Positions 57,393 to 64,000 of a stretch of DNA of 64,000 nt are shown here, piece by piece; the first letter of the stretch is position 1, and each line of letters opens with the position of its first letter. The stretch lies in assembly GCF_009914755.1 (NCBI RefSeq), contig NC_060925.1; one strand, written 5' to 3'. The translations under genes and the position numbers were made by a program. Source of the DNA: the human T2T-CHM13v2.0 reference genome, Homo sapiens. The notes beneath the pieces are model-generated. The model was not told the DNA's origin and ran no database searches. It saw only the letters and a program-made list of their open reading frames with translations.

Positions 57393-59944
57393 AGGGAAAA
57401 ACTACCAATGAATAAAATGGAATTTTTAAAACACCATTTGTCTCTGTAGAGTTGAATCGCTGTAGGAGTTGATATTGACGTGACCCTTCTCTTTGTGAAG
57501 GCACATGGCACTTTGCACTGTGTCATGAATCCTTTTGGTTTGGTGGGGTGGGTACCCCCTACCTCTATTTATGTGATAAAAGCTAGGATTATACTGAAGG
57601 TCCCTTTACCTCAGTATAAAATTTGTTTTTGTTTTTTTCAATTGCCTAATCTAGGCTGCTTGGAAAAAGTTACATTGGTGCCGGGATTCAGCCCTTGCCT
57701 GGACAGACGTGGCCGCTAGAGTCATCAGCATGGACACTGGCACCAGTGACTACATAGGTCCCAGGATCGTAGCCAGCCACCTCGGGTGCCTCCGGAGACC
57801 ACTTGAGAAGTGCAGAGACTGTGGGCCAGCCCCTCATTCTTGTCTGAGACAGTGATGCCCTCCCCACTCAGTAATTATGCACAGCTAGCAGAGGTGGGAG
57901 CTGGGTTCTCCCACACCCTGCAGCAAATCGGAAATCCCAGGGTGAGGACAGGAGGATAGAATTGTTGTGCCAGCTCAGCACCCACTCCTCTTGTGTGCCC
58001 AGGCAGGCTGCTGAGATCCCCCAGCATTCTGGGCTGGGCAAGAACTCAGATTTCCACCTGAGGTTGGAGAAGCTTCAGAGTTCAGCCCCTGACCAGCAGA
58101 GTCCTGGGAGAGAGGGCAGTGCTAGCAGATAAAATCTCAGCCAATGGGGCTGTGCAGGTGGCCCCAAGGCCTCCAGCTCCACAGATAAGAATCAGAAGCA
58201 CAGCCATCTCAATTAGAAAGCAATTTGAGTTATCACGCTAATTAAAGGGGTGTGCAGGCACAAGACCTGACTAGATCTAGATCCCTAACGTTAACAAAAA
58301 TCAGATGGTTGAGAATAAGAATTTCACATAAATAGAAATGTGAAAGTACGATGTGCAACTGAGAAGTTGCCATGATTTTTTCTTTTCAGGCTGTTGGTAA
58401 TTTTCATCATCAGATACATTATTTCTGATGGGGGAGGGGTGGGGGTGTGTGAATAGGGCCGCTGACTTTTTTGTTCATTTAAAATCAGTATAATTTGCTG
58501 AAGAAGGTTGAATGACTCCTACATTTTTTAAGGCAGCTCTGAAATGAATGGCTTCATTTAATCACAAAAGAAGGAATACCAGCAAGACCACCCAGGCCCC
58601 AGCTCCGGTTTTTCCTGAAGAATTTGGCCGCATCTCCCTTTTTGAAGGCAGAGTTTCATCTTGTAAGTATAAGATTCCTTTGTTTCTTTGATGATCCTAA
58701 AGCACTGGTGTCATCTGAGGGAAATGACCTTTTAGGTAACAACACCAGCCATCACTGGGGGCTTTCCGTGTAAGAGGACCACACTGAAGTCACAGGCTAT
58801 GAAGCTGTCCTATAAGAGGCAGGTGAGGCTCCCTGGGCAGGTAACAGGTGGGGAAGAGGCATCCAGGCACATGTCGTGCTGTGGTTCACAAAAGGTGCGA
58901 CCACCACTATCTACAAGAGGCTGACAAAAACTATTTTGCAAAAAGAGAACCATGACTGTTTGGATCTTGAAAAGTTTAAGGGTCCTCCTCCCCTCCCCAG
59001 GCGGCCATGAGCATCTGAGGCCGGCGCCTGTGGCAAGACGTAGCAATGAGCCACCAGGTCCCTAAGGTACTACGTTGCATTTCTCAATCTGACTTTGTTT
59101 AGTTTGGGGAAAACATTTTTTCGGTCCTGAAAAAAAAAATCACTGTGGTTTCTCTCCTACTCCCGCCCTCTGTAATCGCCACTTGCAAGAGTTTCACCAT
59201 TTTCCCGGAAAACCAAAAAAATGAGGATGCTGGGCAGACATTCTTTGTTTCTTTTCTTCCATCTCCCTCTGCCCCAGGCCGTCTCGTCTGCCCACTCTCC
59301 CTACACCTCCTTCCTTCACGCTGGGCTCGCCTCTTTCTCCTTACCAGATTTCCTTTTCGGAATCCAGCTCAACCCTCACCTTGGTAAATAACGCCTCAGT
59401 AGACTTAGAGGTAGCCCGGGTCCTTCCGCCCATACGGTGCCAGCACACCCTTGGCCCCATCACAGGCTCAGGCTCAGCCAGCTGCGGGCAGTTCACTGCT
59501 TCCTCTCTGCAGCACCCCCTGGTCATCCTGCTTGATGTTTCCCTTCTCCCTGTGGGCACTTGTAGCTTATCAACTCACTCATCAACCAACAGCTCCTGAG
59601 CTCCCACTAAGGATCAATTGCACTGTGCAATATTATTTTGCACCCGCCCTTTTGGAAGCCTTCTAACGTCATTTCACATGCATAGGCACGCAGGCTTCTC
59701 TCCTCCACCACATGTTGTCAACTGACCTATTCCTGTCCTTTCTACTCCCTTTACCAGGGTGGTGTCAGGAGTGAGTAGCACATTAGTCAAAGCCCCTGGA
59801 TTCTCTTAAACGGTTCTGCTACTGACTCACTATGTGAGTGTAGACAAGTCACTTCCCTTTCTCAGCCCTAACTTCCCCAGCCATAACATGCTCTCTGTAG
59901 TCTGGAAAGAACACAGCTAGAATGAATGGGATGTCCTCTATACA

Positions 59945-60070
59945 CAGGGCAACTCCATAATTCATTGTCCAGCTTTCACTTTCGAGAACAGCAGGGGGTG
60001 TTTTCATGTGTATAACAGGACAGGCTTAAACAGGTTTGTACCTGGCAAACCCAGGGCGTACGGGGCATGC
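59945..60070 (+). mobile_element. hAT-Blackjack MITE (MER94/MER81-like) between MIR fragments
   Basis: agggcaactccataattcattgtcca ... cacttt.gaga ... agggggtg ... ggcaaacccagggcgtacgg resembles the recalled consensus. Confidence 0.55.
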
Positions 60071-62379
60071 CAGTTTCTGGGATCTCAGGTAAAAATGGGG
60101 ATAGGAGCAGGCATTCCTCAGCTTATCACCTCCTAGTTCACAGAGATAGAACATCAGCAGCTTGCTGTAGTCTGAGCTATTAGGTTTGCTCTAGGGAAGG
60201 AGGCAAGAAATTCAGTCTATCTTTCATACATTTCCAACCTGTGTGCAAAAACAATCAGACATAACTCTCCAACACCCACAGGGTGATCTGAGACATGGTG
60301 GGTAAAGATGAGCAAAACTGTTAGAGCAACAAAGAAGGCTCTTATCTGTGCATTATAAGTCCCAGCCTCAAACATGCCATGCCATGCCATGCCCCTCTGA
60401 AATTTAAACCACCCTGATACCAAGCACTTGCCTATTTCGGGTGTCTAAAATAACACCGGGCCAAGTCAATTAAGTTGGGCCCAGAGGAAGAGCTAACAGG
60501 ACCCCAGCATGGCTCTAAGGGGTCTTAGTAACTTCTGAGAATTCAGAAGTGGAAGTGTTTGCATATAAGAGCTACATCTGGGCCTGCAGCTCTCAGGGCC
60601 CTTGACTTAATTCCTTCTGGGGAGGAATATCCAGGCAGGAACAGAGAATCAGGATGTAGCATGCAACCACGATGAGGAATCAGCAGAAACAGAGCCACCC
60701 TTGCTTGGCTCAGAAACCAGATACCAGGCGCTAGGCAGGAATTCGCCCCTGGGAAGCTGTTGCTTAATCCTCTAGTTCCTCAGGCTCCTGGCCTCCTTGA
60801 CAAAGGCCAAGCCAAACAGGGATCCCAGGTGAGGCCAGGCTGCCCAGCCAGTGCCAGCTCATTCAGGATTAGACTAGGGCTGGGAGGAGCCCAGGCAAAC
60901 CTTCAGGATGTCAGGCACTGAACAGAATCCCAGAGGTAGGCAAGTTGCTGCAGCTCCAATAATCCAGTGGAAAAGTGCTAATTTCCCAAAGGCCTTTCAT
61001 CACAAGGCCCAAGTAGTCTTTGGCCTGAGTCTAGCTAGAACCACTGGGATCTGGGATGAAACTGAGCAATTGCAGGTCTTGCTGGCGAGTGAAGAGAGGT
61101 TTGGCTGCAACTGGGTCCCAGTTGACCGGGTCACAAGGATCAGCCAGTTTCTAGGTGCAGAGTTGGGATCCGCGGCCTTTGCCCCTAAGCAGCCCCACTG
61201 ATACCTCCAAGGAACTGTTTTAGTATAAAAGGGAGGGGGAAGGGAAAAGTTTATTCCATTATCGAAGGTGGAGGGTAGGGAGAAGAAGAACAGGAGATGG
61301 TTGTCTGAGTGTATTTATTTTCTTCTAAAATGTAAACTGAACTGGAAATGCCTACAGAAACACACAGGCACTTTGATCATCAGCCCACTGGGTGGGCAAC
61401 ATGTCTAATCTCTGCTCTGCCCTGCACATTGCAGGCACTTTACAGCTGTATAACGACATCTCCACCGTGGTGGTGGCCACATTTATTGGCTTTGTGACAT
61501 TCATCAGGGCTTCCTTCTTATTAAAAATGCATGGGCTGCAGCTATTTGGAAGGACACCAGATATATTCACTCTAGGTAGAAAATATTTCTCCTTTCTCCA
61601 GGAACCCAAATGAAGCACCCCAGATCTTGGGGAATACAGAGAAGTGAGTGGGCAGAGAGTCTGTGGTGGCAGAGGTGGGACACAGAGCCGAGCTGTCCCC
61701 AGGTTAGGTGTCTCAGATGAAGGAAGTCCCCCAGACCGCATTTCCTCCTGGAGTGATTCTGCCTTATTGACTGTGATGGTAAAGAACTGACTGTGTATTT
61801 TCCATTTATTTACTCCCATATATTCTCCACTTTAATGCAGGGAGGTAAGATTAGGGAGTTGGCCCATTTCGTCCCTTTGATTTCTTGTCACTCAGCCCCA
61901 AATGCAGAAGCTCAGTGGACTAGCTGCTCCCAGGGAATGACAAACAGCTTGAACATTTCAAGGGACTAAAAGTTGATGGTGGCAGGTGAGAGAGGCCAGT
62001 GGGGGAGGAAAGAACCGGTCCTGAGGAGGCTCCTCCTCAATTCTGTTCAGTTTTTAAAACTAGAGTTTTTTCCTCTTAGTTCCTTCCCTTGGCCTTGAGG
62101 CTGTCCCAGTAGACACAGGGAGGTTGGGGCAGGGCTGGAGCCCTGCGGATGCTCTGATGAGTGAGAATGAGTCACCCGCTCAGGCCTCTTTCTGCTTAAG
62201 CAGAGGTAAAGGTCCAGCTTTGTAATAGCCGGAGTGTGAGGATCCCTCGCACTGATCTGCCCACAATGGGCCGCCGGCAGGCCCAGAGACCCTCAAGTCT
62301 CATCCTCAGTGGTCTACCGAGCTGTGCACGGCCAGCTTCCCTGAATTCACTCCAAAGTCCCAGCCAAGCCCCCTCTATG

Positions 62380-63078
62380 TATTACAGGTAGTTAGGCATG
62401 AAAGGGGCAGAAGAGAGGTCTCTCCATCACCCACTAGAAATCTCGGGTGATGATTCGGCAATGATCGCATCGCTTCTCTAAAAATGACAATTCCACCGCA
62501 CCAGAAGAGACCATTTCCTGATGGTCCGCACCTGTTAACATCAAAATGTTAATCGAATGCAGGCTCCAGGGAGAAGCAACTTCCTGGGCATGCGTGTTAA
62601 GAGACAAAAAATGATGACGTTTGATGACCACTCCACCAGAAAAGGGAAGAAAGCCTGAGGGGCCTGCGTGGACCTCCCTAAACACACTGCGCATGCTCCA
62701 TTCCAAACGGTATGGCGAGCACTGCGCATGCGGGAAACCCACCCTGTAAGGGAAGAATCCTGGGAAAGAGGCAAGCCTATGAAGTCCCAGGATCAAGGTT
62801 AAAGACCCTCTTTTTTACTGTCTTCTTGTGCTCTCTTTTCTCTCTTGGACCTTCAGGCGCCTGCTTGGGTCTCTTTCAAGCGAATTTTGCTTTCTTTCCT
62901 GTTCTAAAGCCTTTTAACTAAACTTCCACTCCTGCTCTGAAACTTGCTCTCTTTTTCTGCCTTAACGCCCCTCAGTCGAATTCTTTCTTCTGAGGAGGCA
63001 AGGACTGAAGTTGCTGTGGACCCATAGGGATTCGCCATTGGTAACTCGGGGTAACTCGGCTCTCTTCCACTGCTGACG
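62380..63078 (+). mobile_element. ERV1 solo LTR (MER51-family)
   Basis: Starts t.ttacaggtagttaggcatga; contains gaattctttcttctgaggaggcaagg..tgaagttgctg; 4-bp TSD TATG at 62376-62379 and 63079-63082. Confidence 0.85.
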
Positions 63079-64000
63079 TATGTAGCAAGTCCTGTCTTCG
63101 GGTTGGCAGGCACCACGGCTGACACCACATGCGCAGAGAGAGGGGAAAGACCAAGAAGTGACTCATGACATCACCCTCGTCTCTGAAAGACAAGATGTTG
63201 GTCTCCTCAGGTGCCGTGCAGTCTTCAGTGTTGGCTGCAGCCACAGCCCCTGCAATGCAGACCAGGATGAGGGAAAGCCGCTGGAAGAGGCCTACAGCAT
63301 TTTTTATTAGTAAATCCAGAGGACGTGTTATATAAAGTGTAAGACAACCACCATTGCATGCATTTATTCATTCACTCATTCAGTAAGGAATTTTCCATTT
63401 CTTTATAAATGAGTAAAAGGTACAGGCTGGGTGGCCTTGGCCAGTATCCCATTAATGAAAGACAGATTTGAATAAAAATGTGTAAGGTCTCAAATACCAG
63501 GTTACTTACTGCTTTAGATGGTATTCAGAGGGGAGCCATTGAAAGTTTATAATGAGAAGGAAAACAAACATGATTTTCTGGTTCCTAATACTTTCCCATG
63601 GACAGTAACTATTTGCCTACAGATTGAGCAAACCATGGTGTTCTGTAAGATGCCTGGATTGTTCTGAGCACCAGGACGCTGGCTGCAAGGTGCGGGGCCC
63701 TTCGTCCACCGGGGTCTGTCCTGGTTCCTGGGCGAGCTGTGGCAGGGTCTTTCTGGCAGTCCACCCAGTGCCCTGTGGCAGGCGATCAGGAAGCAGAGGC
63801 AGAGCAGCTGGGGGAGGACTGGGATGACTGAACCTCTCCTGCTTAGGTTCAGGGGCCCTCCCTTCAAGGTGCGGCCTGTGTGAGACACGCATCCACAGCC
63901 CGGTAACCAAAACTGGCACACCCAGCACAGTCACCTCCACGGCAGCACATGACCTACATCAGCCAGTCAGCAGCTCTTACTGGGGAGCTCCTAGGTCCAA

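Overview
Human (primate) genomic DNA containing the complete two-exon IRF2BP2 gene on the minus strand, which places the window at chr1q42.3 (location from recall). The CDS is 11899-10852 joined to 10257-9542 (587 aa). An alternative GC splice donor at 10900 gives the 571-aa isoform. The ~2.9-kb 3'UTR ends near 6670-6695, and a CpG-island promoter spans ~10.9-13.8 kb. An orphan CpG island with a CCGYY pentamer array lies ~4 kb past the gene end. The remaining ~47 kb upstream has no credible protein-coding gene. It is a mosaic of 18 Alu elements or fragments (whole window), L1, L2, MIR, MaLR/ERVL/ERV1 LTRs, Tigger2/MADE1/hAT DNA transposons and microsatellites, and probably contains the lncRNA LINC00184. 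I could not support a new biological system. The best leads are: (i) translational control of IRF2BP2 (one uORF, an in-frame open 5' leader with CUG/GUG codons, and intron read-through); (ii) a miR-155 site overlapping the poly(A) signal; (iii) an IRF/PRDM1 plus CTCF motif pair inside an hAT transposon; (iv) a ~150-bp ancient duplication of a Tigger2 end with its flank; (v) a tailless, TSD-less Alu fragment at a rearrangement junction; (vi) a three-arm Alu; and (vii) an unexplained hairpin. Repeat subfamily names are from recognition of consensus sequences, not from a Dfam run.
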